From: an uncultured Deferribacteres bacterium
GTDB lineage: Bacteria > Zhuqueibacterota > Zhuqueibacteria > Zhuqueibacterales > Geothermadaptataceae
Length of the DNA stretch: 51,382 nt
Direction: 5' to 3'
Assembly (NCBI GenBank): GCA_964014485.1
Contig: CAXHAT010000027.1
Span: 1-51,382 of the forward strand
A model generated the notes under the pieces. It did no database searches and had not been told where the DNA came from. It worked only from the letters and a program-made list of their open reading frames with translations. Numbering within the stretch: the first letter of the stretch is position 1; each line of letters starts with the position of its first letter. Of the stretch, positions 10,085 through 19,416 are shown piece after piece. The position numbers and the translations under genes are program-made.

Positions 10085-10258
10085 CTGATGTTACGCACTC
10101 TTGGAAATTTCCGAAACGTCGCCAGGGAAACGTCGCCTTTACGTCATTCCCGCGCAGGCGGGGAATCCAGTCAATCGCGCACCGCCCCTAGATTCTCGCC
10201 TGTGCGGGAATGACTTTGACAGGGGTTCTTTGGTTTCATGGCTGGCGGGTAACATCAG
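10085..10258. mobile_element. MITE copy 2 (174 bp) with CGTC-type REP doublet
   Basis: Perfect 10-bp TIR CTGATGTTAC/GTAACATCAG; flanking 7-mers TCAGTAA/TCAGTGA (6/7 TSD match); internal GTCATTCCCGCGCAGGCGGG.. inverted pair. Confidence 0.85.
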
Positions 10259-10439
10259 TCAGTGAACTCGATTATATAGGTGCGTATCGAGATACGCTCC
10301 TGTCGGCTTGAATCAAAACCATCCCTTCTTGCAACTGATAAAACCCCTCCCGTAACAACCCTCAGAACCAATCCAACGATTCACGTAATTTCATTCTTGT
10401 CAATTCTAACCGCTTTGTGAAAAAATCGAGGAGGACGAG

Positions 10440-10925
10440 ATGAAAAAAGTATTCAGCCGCAGCATGAAAGAATATCTGGCAGAGTTCAAATGGATCGTGT
10501 ATGCGTTAGCGGCCATGACCGTGATTCGTTTCCTGCTGCAGCCAATCGGCGTACCGATTGAAATTGGCGGCAGGATTTTCAGCATGACGAATATCGTGTT
10601 TATTTTAATCATCGGTTATGGGATTTATTTCGCTCTAAAACAAGGCAAATTCGGCGATGTCTTTGTGACCAGCTTGTTTATAAGTGTTGTATTTACAGCG
10701 TTTATGGCCGTTGCTTTAGTCATTAGTTTTTTCAGCGGGATCGACACCTACTTCACGAATCCAATGCACATTGGCCCAACTCCAAATATTCCCCAGCATC
10801 TCTTGGCGCATTTGCAGGCCATTCCTTTTGCCGGACTCTTCAGCGGAGTTTTGGGGCATATCGTTTTTGGCGTGACCAAACTCGTTCTTTACATCAAGCA
10901 TCGGAGGGAACCGGCGGCGGCGTAG
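10440..10925 (+). CDS. Hypothetical membrane protein (about 4 TM helices)
   Basis: Strong RBS GAGGAGG; four hydrophobic segments. Confidence 0.7.
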   Translation: MKKVFSRSMKEYLAEFKWIVYALAAMTVIRFLLQPIGVPIEIGGRIFSMTNIVFILIIGYGIYFALKQGKFGDVFVTSLFISVVFTAFMAVALVISFFSGIDTYFTNPMHIGPTPNIPQHLLAHLQAIPFAGLFSGVLGHIVFGVTKLVLYIKHRREPAAA

Positions 10926-10988
10926 AGCCGGACGCAAGGGTCGAGTTTTCGACACAACTTTTTCTCATTGCCATTTTACGCCGAAAGC

Positions 10989-11046
10989 CGGTAATTGCTA
11001 ATCATGTCTGTTCGGGGGGATTCCGCAGACTGAAAATGAATTACCG
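10989..11046 (+). other. Long interrupted hairpin in the leader of the GT4 gene
   Basis: Nested stems CGGTAATT/AATTACCG, TCA/TGA, GTCTG/CAGAC and CGG/CCG. Confidence 0.35.
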
Positions 11047-11072
11047 CACAATTGCAATGAGGAACGGGAATT

Positions 11073-12407
11073 ATGAAAAAGACTATCGGGATTATCGGCC
11101 CCTACAGCGACACCAGCGGCACCGGCACGTTTGTCCGTTTTTTAGCGCGAGGCTTGGCGTTCGACGAGAATTATAATGTCATTGTTTTTTCGTTTAACGA
11201 TCCGTGGCAAGCGACTGAGGAAGACGCCAATATCAAAATTTTCGAGTTCGGCCAACTGACTGCTGAAAATATCTGGCAATTCGGCGAGTTCATCGCTGAA
11301 AACAGCCTGGCGGAAAACGTCGATCTTATTGCGCCGCAATGCAAGCCGGAATTGGCGGTCGCCGGTCTTGTGGCAAAGTCACGCTTGGCGGAAAAGGGAA
11401 AAAGCGTTCCATTGTGCGGCAACTGGCACTCAAACTTTGGCTGGATCAAGGACGCGCCGTATCATCTCGCTCACGCCAAAATGGGGATCGTTCACATGGA
11501 CAGCATTCTGCCTGTGAGCATGAACGTGCAAGAAAACATTACTGAAATTTTGGGAAGCGAGATGGAACGCAGAATCGTTCCTTCGGGCGGCGTAGACGTT
11601 GAAAAAATAAGGGCTTACGAAACAGACAGGAACGTCTTCAAAGAACAATGCGACCCGAATAAATTCATTCTCTTTTATGTCGGCAGAATGCTTTACAACA
11701 AAGGGCTTGACATCCTCGCCAAAGCGCTGGCGATATTGAAGGACGACGATATTCACGCCGTCCTGGTCGGGAAAGGCCCGTTTCTGGAGCCGTTTTCAGA
11801 TGCGGCCAAAGAAAACGACGTGGCGCATCAAATGACGTTCACCGGGTTCATGCCTGACGAAACGGTGTATTCAATGCTCCGCAGCGCCGATAGTTTTGTC
11901 CTGCCCTCGCGCTGGGAGTCTTTCAATATTTCCGCGCTTGAAGGCATGGCGGCGGGACTGCCCGTGGTTGCGACGCGCGTCGGCGGCTTGCCGTTCTGGG
12001 TCGGGGATAGTGCTTTGCTTGTTGAGCCGGAGAGCCCGGAAGCGTTTGCCGCAGGTATAAAAAAGATGAAAGAAGACGCGGCGTATCGCAAGGAAATGGC
12101 GCAAAAAGCCTACGATCTAGCTCCGAAATATCACTGGCGCAACATTGCCGTGGAAACGGCGAAAGAATATGCCGATCTGTTTGGCAAAGAAGGCTCGCCA
12201 GCACCAGATATTTCCGGTAATGAGTTAGCGATCGACTTAAACGGTGACCAATTGACGTTCCAGCGTGACGGTTTTGTCACCGAGAAAAATACTGACGGTG
12301 AAAAGAAATACATCATTACGCGCTACGGGCTTTTCCATCCTTCGGAAGCGCTCGAAAATGAAGCTGAGAAAGTTCAAGATCCGGAAGCGTTGTATTATCA
12401 AACTTGA
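11073..12407 (+). CDS. GT4-family glycosyltransferase with C-terminal extension
   Basis: YVGRM..KG and FVLPSRWESFNISALEGMAAGLPVVAT (EX7E) motifs. Confidence 0.88.
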   Translation: MKKTIGIIGPYSDTSGTGTFVRFLARGLAFDENYNVIVFSFNDPWQATEEDANIKIFEFGQLTAENIWQFGEFIAENSLAENVDLIAPQCKPELAVAGLVAKSRLAEKGKSVPLCGNWHSNFGWIKDAPYHLAHAKMGIVHMDSILPVSMNVQENITEILGSEMERRIVPSGGVDVEKIRAYETDRNVFKEQCDPNKFILFYVGRMLYNKGLDILAKALAILKDDDIHAVLVGKGPFLEPFSDAAKENDVAHQMTFTGFMPDETVYSMLRSADSFVLPSRWESFNISALEGMAAGLPVVATRVGGLPFWVGDSALLVEPESPEAFAAGIKKMKEDAAYRKEMAQKAYDLAPKYHWRNIAVETAKEYADLFGKEGSPAPDISGNELAIDLNGDQLTFQRDGFVTEKNTDGEKKYIITRYGLFHPSEALENEAEKVQDPEALYYQT

Positions 12408-12460
12408 GCGACTGTTGGAAGCGGGGACGTCCAAGAGCAGAATGTTTTTATGACGTCACG

Positions 12461-12544
12461 CAACATGTCGCAGGGGTTCAAAATCTTGAACCCCTACTTG
12501 CGGTATGACTCTAATTCAGAAAACATGTTTCGGGACGGCCCTCG
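12461..12544. repeat. Intergenic palindromic repeat (AGGGGTTCAA..TTGAACCCCT family), copy 1
   Basis: Hairpin AGGGGTTCAAAATCTTGAACCCCT plus a ~40-bp tail similar to that at 46334-46408. Confidence 0.6.
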
Positions 12545-12582
12545 GTGTTTTTGGGTCAAACGCTGAAGCGCTTGACTCCTTT

Positions 12583-13665
12583 TTACCCGATCCGCCGGAA
12601 AGACGTTGCTTTGATAATCAGAAAGACTTGCTTGCCGACATGTAAATCGAGGGCGTTGATTGTGCCCTCGACGATCTCAACCGTCACCGGAACGGCTGCG
12701 CTGACTCGCACAAAGCAGCGATTGTTCAGGTGGAATATTTTTTCTACGGTTCCGGCAAAAATATTTCTGGCGGAAAGATTCCGGGGTTTGGTTGTGGCGA
12801 GAATAATTTCTGAAGCCGGCAAGCCCAGCAGCAGGCTTTCGCCGATTGATCTGTCCAGTTCCGGCAAAATCAGCCTGTCCTCAGCGACGCGCACCGTCGT
12901 TGTACCTGCCGAAGCATTGTGACTTTCAACTTCAGCTTCGAAAATATTTCGCACGGTTTCCTGTCCGCCAATGGATTTTGCCGCAAAGTCTTGCAGTACT
13001 TTGAGCGGCGCGCCTTGTCGAACCGCTTTTCCTCCATCCATCAAAATGACTTCTGACGCTAAATTCAACACATCCCCCACGTCATGAGAAACGTAAATAA
13101 TGGGAAGGTTGAGGTCTCGGCTAAATTTTTTCAGCGTGAAAAGCAGATTGATTTTGGTTGGAGCGTCAATGGCGGCGAGAGGCTCATCCATCAGCAAAAG
13201 TTTTGGCGAAGCCAGCAAGGCTCGGGCGATAGCTACGCGCTGCGTTTCGCCGCCGGAAAGATGGCGGGGCATTCGATGCAGCAAGTGTGAAACGCCGATC
13301 CGCTCGACGACGTCGGCTTTTGAAAATCGTTGCTCGTGCGGCTGCACATTTTTCGCGCCGAACTCAAGGTTCTCCTCAATCGTTAAATGCGGGAAAAGCC
13401 GCGCTTCCTGAAAAACCAAGCCCACGTCTCTTTTTTCCGGTTTGATGAAAACATTGCTTTTTACGTCGCAAAGCGTGCGTCCCGCCAGTTCCAAAATACC
13501 TGATTCCGGCCTGATCAATCCGGCAATGAGCTTCAAAGTGGAGGTTTTGCCGCACCCGGACCGTCCGAAGAGCGCGGTGAAATTTTCCGTGAGTGAAAAC
13601 TCAACGTTTAGCGAAAAATCGCCCGCAATCGCCGAACAACATATTTTGAAGAAAGCGTTTTTCAT
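12583..13665 (-). CDS. modC: Molybdate ABC transporter ATP-binding subunit
   Basis: GRSGCGKTS Walker A, VFQEARLFPHL, LSGGE and DEP motifs; C-terminal TOBE region (SARN). Confidence 0.92.
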   Translation of the reverse strand: MKNAFFKICCSAIAGDFSLNVEFSLTENFTALFGRSGCGKTSTLKLIAGLIRPESGILELAGRTLCDVKSNVFIKPEKRDVGLVFQEARLFPHLTIEENLEFGAKNVQPHEQRFSKADVVERIGVSHLLHRMPRHLSGGETQRVAIARALLASPKLLLMDEPLAAIDAPTKINLLFTLKKFSRDLNLPIIYVSHDVGDVLNLASEVILMDGGKAVRQGAPLKVLQDFAAKSIGGQETVRNIFEAEVESHNASAGTTTVRVAEDRLILPELDRSIGESLLLGLPASEIILATTKPRNLSARNIFAGTVEKIFHLNNRCFVRVSAAVPVTVEIVEGTINALDLHVGKQVFLIIKATSFRRIG

Positions 13666-14342
13666 GATTTATCCTGGCGCCATCGTCGAAGCAGAATTTC
13701 CGAGGTTAGAAGACTGCCGTAGGCAATAACGATAGAAATTAAAATAAACCAGGTCGCTCGATTCTCGCCGCCTGGTTGATTGACCAACGAATAGATGGCC
13801 ATCGGAATGGTCTGTGTTTCTCCAGGTATGTTTCCCGCGACCATGATGGTTGCCCCGAATTCGCCAAAGCTGCGCGCAAAGGCAAGCATGGCCCCTGCGA
13901 TAATCCCGTTTCGCGACAACGGCAGAGTTACTTTTAAGAAAGTCTGCCACGCTGAAGTGCGCAAAACCCTCCCAGCTTCTTCAATCTTTGGATCGACGTT
14001 TTCGATGGCCACGCGAACGGCGCGCACAAAAAGCGGGAACGACACGACGGCGGCGGCAAGGGACGCTGCTTGCCAGGTAAAAGTCAGCGCAAGGCCGAAG
14101 GTTTCGAATAACCAACGACCAAGCACGCCATTGCGACCAAAAACGATGAGTAAAAAATAGCCCGTCACGATGGGCGGAAGGACAAGCGGCAAATTGACCA
14201 AAGTATCGACAAGCAGTTTGCCCGGAAAATTCCGGCGCGCGAAAAGCCAGCCCAAGGCTATGCCGGGAATGAAAATAGTCGCCGCCGCCGCTGAAGCGAC
14301 TTTTAGAGAAAGTAAAATCGTTTGCGAGAATTCGGGGGTCAC
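13662..14342 (-). CDS. modB: Molybdate ABC transporter permease
   Basis: LPLVLPPIVTGYFLL and FARSFGEFGATIMVAGNIPGETQT motifs. Confidence 0.93.
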   Translation of the reverse strand: MTPEFSQTILLSLKVASAAAATIFIPGIALGWLFARRNFPGKLLVDTLVNLPLVLPPIVTGYFLLIVFGRNGVLGRWLFETFGLALTFTWQAASLAAAVVSFPLFVRAVRVAIENVDPKIEEAGRVLRTSAWQTFLKVTLPLSRNGIIAGAMLAFARSFGEFGATIMVAGNIPGETQTIPMAIYSLVNQPGGENRATWFILISIVIAYGSLLTSEILLRRWRQDKS

Positions 14343-15460
14343 TTGTTAGAACTCAGAATGACATTTGGGTGGTAGCCAAACAATTCAAGATAGCCTGTTG
14401 CTGAATGACTGCCGGCAGTCCTGACAGCGCCTTCCCAGTACTGCGTGGTGGCCGCCATAAATTGATTCCTGTTGATCGGCGTCACCGTCAGCGCGATTTG
14501 TTCTGAAGGAATCGAAACCCGCCAGATGACCGGATATTTTTCACCGTTAAATTCGGCCCACTCCTGCGGCTGAAAACCGATCTTTTCCGACGACAATTTT
14601 TGATATTCGCCGGAGATTTTCATGATGGCGCCGTTTACGTGACTTTCGCCGCCGCTGCGCACTTGGTAGAGCATTAGCGCCGTGTTGTCATCGAGGTGGA
14701 GCGACAGCCAATCCCAGCCCAGCGTGCCGTCAATGATGGAAGTAGAACTCCACTCGCGATCAAACCACGCCTCGCCGCTGACCTTGACCGCCGTACCTTC
14801 AAATTGAATCTCGCCGTCAATTTTTATGAACGGCGCGCTGTAATAGTAGGAAGCGAAATTCCCGTGCGCGTCTTTTTGGCTAAAACCATCATCGCCTTGC
14901 AGAAAGTAGGGCGACGGCGCCAAGTTTAATTGATAGCCGAAATCTTTTTCCATCACAGTCAATTTGCCGGGCAGCGGGCTCGCGCCAGTTCCGCTGAATT
15001 CCCAATGATCCAGAAACGCCAGCCACGGCTCCGACTCAACGCCGCCATGTCCCATGTCCGCGCGCGCAAAACGTTCGGCGTGATAAAATTCAGTGGGCGT
15101 GGTCAACGCCGCATGCGCGAAAAACAAAGGCTGCGGCGTTCCGGCGACGACCAGACAGGTTCGGAAAAGCGTGAATTGCGCACCGTAGTCCAAACCGTCT
15201 TCGCCGTGCAAATTCGCCGTGACGTACCACCATTCCGTTTGAAAATCGGTGTGGATGTTGTGATCTCGCGGGAATGAAAAGGGGCGCCCGGGCATTACAC
15301 GAGCGAAAAAGCTTTTCTCAATCGAGCGCGATTGATGTTTGTTGGGAGAATCTTGTTGAGCGATTGCTTCACGATTTACATACAAAGCCGCCGCCGCCCA
15401 TATTATCGTTAACAAAAAAGAGAGAAAATCTTTGAGTCGATGCAATTTGGCCTCAATCAC
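14339..15460 (-). CDS. AttH/CrtC-like lipocalin-fold secreted protein
   Basis: FSFPRDH..H..FQTEWWY, SYYYS, WFDREWSS, GWDW, YWEG and GYLEL motifs. Confidence 0.85.
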   Translation of the reverse strand: MIEAKLHRLKDFLSFLLTIIWAAAALYVNREAIAQQDSPNKHQSRSIEKSFFARVMPGRPFSFPRDHNIHTDFQTEWWYVTANLHGEDGLDYGAQFTLFRTCLVVAGTPQPLFFAHAALTTPTEFYHAERFARADMGHGGVESEPWLAFLDHWEFSGTGASPLPGKLTVMEKDFGYQLNLAPSPYFLQGDDGFSQKDAHGNFASYYYSAPFIKIDGEIQFEGTAVKVSGEAWFDREWSSTSIIDGTLGWDWLSLHLDDNTALMLYQVRSGGESHVNGAIMKISGEYQKLSSEKIGFQPQEWAEFNGEKYPVIWRVSIPSEQIALTVTPINRNQFMAATTQYWEGAVRTAGSHSATGYLELFGYHPNVILSSNK

Positions 15461-15542
15461 GGAAATTTAAGACTGCTTCGTTTTACTTTGGACGCTTCAA
15501 AATTGAATTTGCATCAGCGTCTATATTTATTTAAATTATTTA

Positions 15543-15703
15543 CTGATGTTACTTAGCCAATGTAGAAAATGGAGTGCAAGGCTTGCCTTGCTATTCCACT
15601 ACGCTTTTTCGTTAAAGTTATGAATGCGCCGTTCCTTGCGGGCCGAAGCTGAAAAGCAAAGCAAGCTTTGCACTCCTTGCGTCTGCGGCGCGCGTAATAT
15701 CAG
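15543..15703. mobile_element. MITE copy 3 (161 bp): same TIRs, different cargo (GGAGTGC-type REP doublet)
   Basis: CTGATGTTAC...GTAATATCAG; exact 7-bp TSD TTATTTA on both sides; internal GGAGTGCAAGGCTTGCCTTGCT...AGCAAAGCAAGCTTTGCACTCC at 15571-15676. Confidence 0.8.
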
Positions 15704-15757
15704 TTATTTATTGTCTGATGCTTTTTAATCAGCATATTTAAACTTGCAGAAAGTCCA

Positions 15758-15792
15758 GAAGTGTCGAGCAAGGATTGAACCTGCGACACTTC
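15758..15792. repeat. Palindrome upstream of hicB (REP-like or operator)
   Basis: GAAGTGTCG...CGACACTTC inverted repeat. Confidence 0.4.
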
Positions 15793-15830
15793 CTTGGCAA
15801 CCAAAACAAATTTACTTTTTGGAGTGAATT

Positions 15831-16034
15831 ATGTCCAGAACATTCACCTTGGAATACTGGCGAGACGATCATTGGTTTGTTGGAAAACTTAAAGAAATTC
15901 CCGGCGTGTTCAGCCAGGGAGAAACGCTGAAAGAACTTGAACAAAATATACAAGACGCTTACGCTATGATGTTGGAGGCCGAATCAAATCCTGTGAAAAA
16001 CGCGATTACAAAAGACTTGGTGCTTGAAGTTTGA
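15831..16034 (+). CDS. hicB: HicB-family antitoxin (short form)
   Basis: WFVG...EIPGVFSQGETLKELEQNIQDA motif. Confidence 0.85.
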   Translation: MSRTFTLEYWRDDHWFVGKLKEIPGVFSQGETLKELEQNIQDAYAMMLEAESNPVKNAITKDLVLEV

Positions 16035-16219
16035 AGCGAAACGAGTTCTTGAAATATTTACGAAAAAACGGCTGTGCTCTTCACCGGCACGGTAAGCGCC
16101 ACGATATTTACATTAATGAAAAAAACGGAAAAAAAGCGCCCGTTCCGAGACATACTGAACTCAAAAATTCACTCTGTCGTTTAATCAGAAACCAGCTAGA
16201 TATCACAGAAGACTCTTGA
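16031..16219 (+). CDS. hicA: HicA-family mRNA interferase toxin
   Basis: MKR..FLKYL..NG...RHGKRHDIY...VPRH.EL motif; overlaps the hicB stop. Confidence 0.88.
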   Translation: MKRNEFLKYLRKNGCALHRHGKRHDIYINEKNGKKAPVPRHTELKNSLCRLIRNQLDITEDS

Positions 16220-16222
16220 TTT

Positions 16223-18754
16223 TTAAACAGCCTCGCGAAATGCGGTAATGACCGTTTTTTTGCCCAACCTGTAAAGAGGAATGAGTCCCGCGGAAAGAGC
16301 CGTTAAAATTGCGACGATCAGAATGGCCGCTAGATACCAAGGCTGGTAAGTCAAATTGAAATGCCAGCCGAAAGAATAATACAACACGATGTGTACGCTC
16401 GCCCAGGCGATAAGCAAGCCCAATGGCAGAGCGATCAGGCAGGCGACGAACGCATTGAAAAACAGTTGTAACAACGACAACGAAGTGATCTCGCGATGAT
16501 TCAATCCAAGCACTTTTAAGAGCGTGAGTTGTCGTTCCCGGTCGATTTCGGCGGCGTAGCAGGCGCAATAAATGCCAATTGCTGCAATGAAGAGAGTGAA
16601 AATTGTCAGCAAGTTCGTGGCTTGAAACGTCTGGCCGAAGATTTTGAGAGCGAGCGATTTCATTTCCTGGGGCTTGGCGTATTGGTGTGATCTCAATTGA
16701 AAACGGCTTTTCAAGGTTTCCAATGCTGCGTCCGCTGTCTCCCCGTTTTTCATGTACACACCCAGACTTGCACTTTGTAAATCGGGCGCCGCTTCGAGAA
16801 GCCACTCCTCGTCTAAAGCCAGCGCGGCGTTGGGGTTGCCGTAATTCAAAAAAACGCCGAGTATTTCAACCTCCAACAAGCTTTCGTTGATCGAAATCGT
16901 CATCCGGTCTCCCAGGCTCAACTCGTGCTGAAATGCGAACGTCTGATTGACGATGACGCCTTCCCGATTGTGAAGCTTGCGCTCCCAGCCGTCTTTGCGC
17001 TCCGCCAAACTTACGCTTGCATGGTTCCTCGGGTGATCCGACAAGGCAAGCGCGATGCACGTCTTTTGGTCGATTTTCGCTCTGGTTGCATAAAGGTTCG
17101 TGACCAGATCGACTCCGTTATGCTGCTCCAAAAAACGTTCAATATTTTCCTGATCGGCTGCGCTTGGGCGCAAGAATAAATCTTGACTGAACGTTTGCTC
17201 CATGTAATCTTCAAAAGCTGTACGAAAGCTGCCGACCATCGTCGTAACCGCAATCCCGGCGGCAATGGCGATTGCAAAAGCCATCATTGCGGCTGAATAA
17301 CGGGCGTGGCTGAATTTGCCGTCTTCGATGGCCCAGTGCAGTTTTGGGGAGCGGGTTATTTTTCTGAACCGTCCGATCCTGTCGTACAACAGTTTCAGGC
17401 AGCTTGGAATCAGCAAAGCGCCGCCGAGAAACCAGCAGGCTGAGATAAGAAATCCCAAAAGCTGCGATTTAGGCAAAAGAGTGAACAGACCGCCTGCCGC
17501 AATCAAAAACACGCCGACAAGGTTTAAGGGAACGCTGACCTTTTTCGCGCCGGCGGTCTGCAACGGTTGATGACGGGCGAGCTGCAGAAAAGGCTTCGCC
17601 GTTGCGGTGACGGCGGCGATCAAGGATATCGCCAGCGCCATGAACCACCAGTTTTGCACAGATGTGATTTCCAGAATGTTTTCGCTGCCAAAAATCTGGG
17701 TGAGCGTCAGGCCGATGCTCGGCGTTAACAATCCCGCCAGGAGCCAGCCGAGCAGGCAGCCAATAACGCTGGCGGCCAACGCCCAGAACAGCAGTTCCAG
17801 CGCAAGGGCGGAAAAGATTTCGCGAAAGGTGACGCCGCACAATCGCAATTGTCGGACGATGGCCAGACGTTGCAGCACCGAGAAACGCACCGCGTTGAAA
17901 GCGATAAAACAGCCAACCAGAAAAGCCAAAAGCGCAATCGCGGTTAAATTCAGGAAAAATGCTTTGTTCAGAGCCGCTTGCTCATCCGATTTTTCCGGGA
18001 AAAACATGGTCGCCCGTTTTGGGAGCAAAGTCTTGATTCTTGCCGTATCGGCCGGAGTGATTTCAGTGAAGACAATCGAAGTTAATTTCGCGGATAGAGC
18101 CAAAAGTTCCTGAGCGCAGCGCAAATCGCACAGAATGTCATAGCCCGCGCCAAAATCGTTCGGGACAATTTTGATCCGGGGCAAGCGGCGGCCGTCATCA
18201 AGAAGCAAAACTTCGCCGTCCTTTACATCCAAAGCTTTTGCGTAGGCTTCAGAAATGACCGCCTGGTAGGGCGGAAAGGAAAATGCAATGACGTCGGTTT
18301 GAGACGGCGCGTTTGCCTGTTGAGCGTCAGTTCCAGACTGTCGTTCGGCAGAGCCTGTCGTTTTTTCAAGAGCTTTGGCGGAAGTCTTTTCCGACCGCTG
18401 CATCATCGCGAATACGTCAACGCCCTGGATCGAAACAAAGCGGCCGTCCTGCAAGCGCAAAATGCCTTCAACGCGCGGCACGGCTTTGGTAACGCCGCTG
18501 CGGCGAAGCGCAACGTAGGTCGATTCAGGCAAAGTTTGTGCGCCGGAGGTCGGGACAACAAAAGCGGCCGCTTGCCCGCCGACGATCTTCTGAGCTGAAG
18601 TGAAGGCCGTTGTAGCGGCGGAATTGATGATCAGAACGCCGAGCAGCATGGCCACGCCCAAGCTCAAGCCCAGCAATAAAAAAACGCCTTGTGCGGGATG
18701 TTGGCGATAGTGGCTGAGAAAAGTCCGCCAAACCAAAAAAATACGGGCTAACAA
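16223..18754 (-). CDS. Duplicated FtsX/MacB-type ABC permease (AttF/G-like)
   Basis: Two permease halves with large periplasmic domains; AFFLNLTAIALLAFLVGCFIAFN motif; coupled to an ATPase gene. Confidence 0.85.
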   Translation of the reverse strand: MLARIFLVWRTFLSHYRQHPAQGVFLLLGLSLGVAMLLGVLIINSAATTAFTSAQKIVGGQAAAFVVPTSGAQTLPESTYVALRRSGVTKAVPRVEGILRLQDGRFVSIQGVDVFAMMQRSEKTSAKALEKTTGSAERQSGTDAQQANAPSQTDVIAFSFPPYQAVISEAYAKALDVKDGEVLLLDDGRRLPRIKIVPNDFGAGYDILCDLRCAQELLALSAKLTSIVFTEITPADTARIKTLLPKRATMFFPEKSDEQAALNKAFFLNLTAIALLAFLVGCFIAFNAVRFSVLQRLAIVRQLRLCGVTFREIFSALALELLFWALAASVIGCLLGWLLAGLLTPSIGLTLTQIFGSENILEITSVQNWWFMALAISLIAAVTATAKPFLQLARHQPLQTAGAKKVSVPLNLVGVFLIAAGGLFTLLPKSQLLGFLISACWFLGGALLIPSCLKLLYDRIGRFRKITRSPKLHWAIEDGKFSHARYSAAMMAFAIAIAAGIAVTTMVGSFRTAFEDYMEQTFSQDLFLRPSAADQENIERFLEQHNGVDLVTNLYATRAKIDQKTCIALALSDHPRNHASVSLAERKDGWERKLHNREGVIVNQTFAFQHELSLGDRMTISINESLLEVEILGVFLNYGNPNAALALDEEWLLEAAPDLQSASLGVYMKNGETADAALETLKSRFQLRSHQYAKPQEMKSLALKIFGQTFQATNLLTIFTLFIAAIGIYCACYAAEIDRERQLTLLKVLGLNHREITSLSLLQLFFNAFVACLIALPLGLLIAWASVHIVLYYSFGWHFNLTYQPWYLAAILIVAILTALSAGLIPLYRLGKKTVITAFREAV

Positions 18755-19407
18755 TGCAGGCGTCCTTTTTCTAACCGCCAGGTGGTTTGAAGATAGTCGG
18801 CGGTGGCTTGGCTGTGGGTGACGAGCAGCAGCGTTACGTCGTCTAATTCAACGGCTTTGATGAGCAACTCCATCACGTGTGCCGCTGTTTCTTCGTCGAG
18901 GTTGCCGGTGGGTTCGTCGGCGAGAATAAATTTGGGTTTTGCGGCCAATGCTCTGGCGATGGCAACGCGCTGCTGCTCGCCAATGGAAAGCTGCCTCGGG
19001 TAGTGGGCCAGGCGGCGGGTCAATCCCATCACTTCGACCAATTGTTGGGTGAAGTCATCTTCGGCGGGCAGGCCGTTTAACCTGCGCACAAAGCTGATGT
19101 TGTCCCTGGCCTTTAAAGATGGAATGAGATTGAATTGCTGAAAAATCATCCCCAAGTGTAATCGGCGGAAAACGCTCAACTCAGCGTCGTTCATGCCGGT
19201 GATGCGCTGATCGTCGACGAGGATTTCTCCGCCGTCGACAACGTCGAAGCCGCCGAGCAAGTGCAAAAGCGTCGACTTCCCGGCTCCGGACTGCCCCATT
19301 AACGCCACCGTTTTTCCGGCTTCAATTTGAAAGCTCAAATCTTTGAAAACGACGACTTCTTTATCAACGTCCAGGTAAGATTTACTGATTTTTTCGACTT
19401 GGATCAT
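18748..19407 (-). CDS. LolD/MacB-family ABC ATP-binding protein (AttE-like)
   Basis: [31 protein letters not shown] and ADEPTGNLD motifs. Confidence 0.9.
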   Translation of the reverse strand: MIQVEKISKSYLDVDKEVVVFKDLSFQIEAGKTVALMGQSGAGKSTLLHLLGGFDVVDGGEILVDDQRITGMNDAELSVFRRLHLGMIFQQFNLIPSLKARDNISFVRRLNGLPAEDDFTQQLVEVMGLTRRLAHYPRQLSIGEQQRVAIARALAAKPKFILADEPTGNLDEETAAHVMELLIKAVELDDVTLLLVTHSQATADYLQTTWRLEKGRLHC

Positions 19408-19416
19408 ATGCTCCTG

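Noticed and set aside
11073..12407. GT4 as BshA (bacillithiol synthesis), suggested by nearby ypdA
   Set aside because: It lacks the BshA N-terminal CYP..GGSG and TLHGTD motifs and lies over 5 kb from ypdA.
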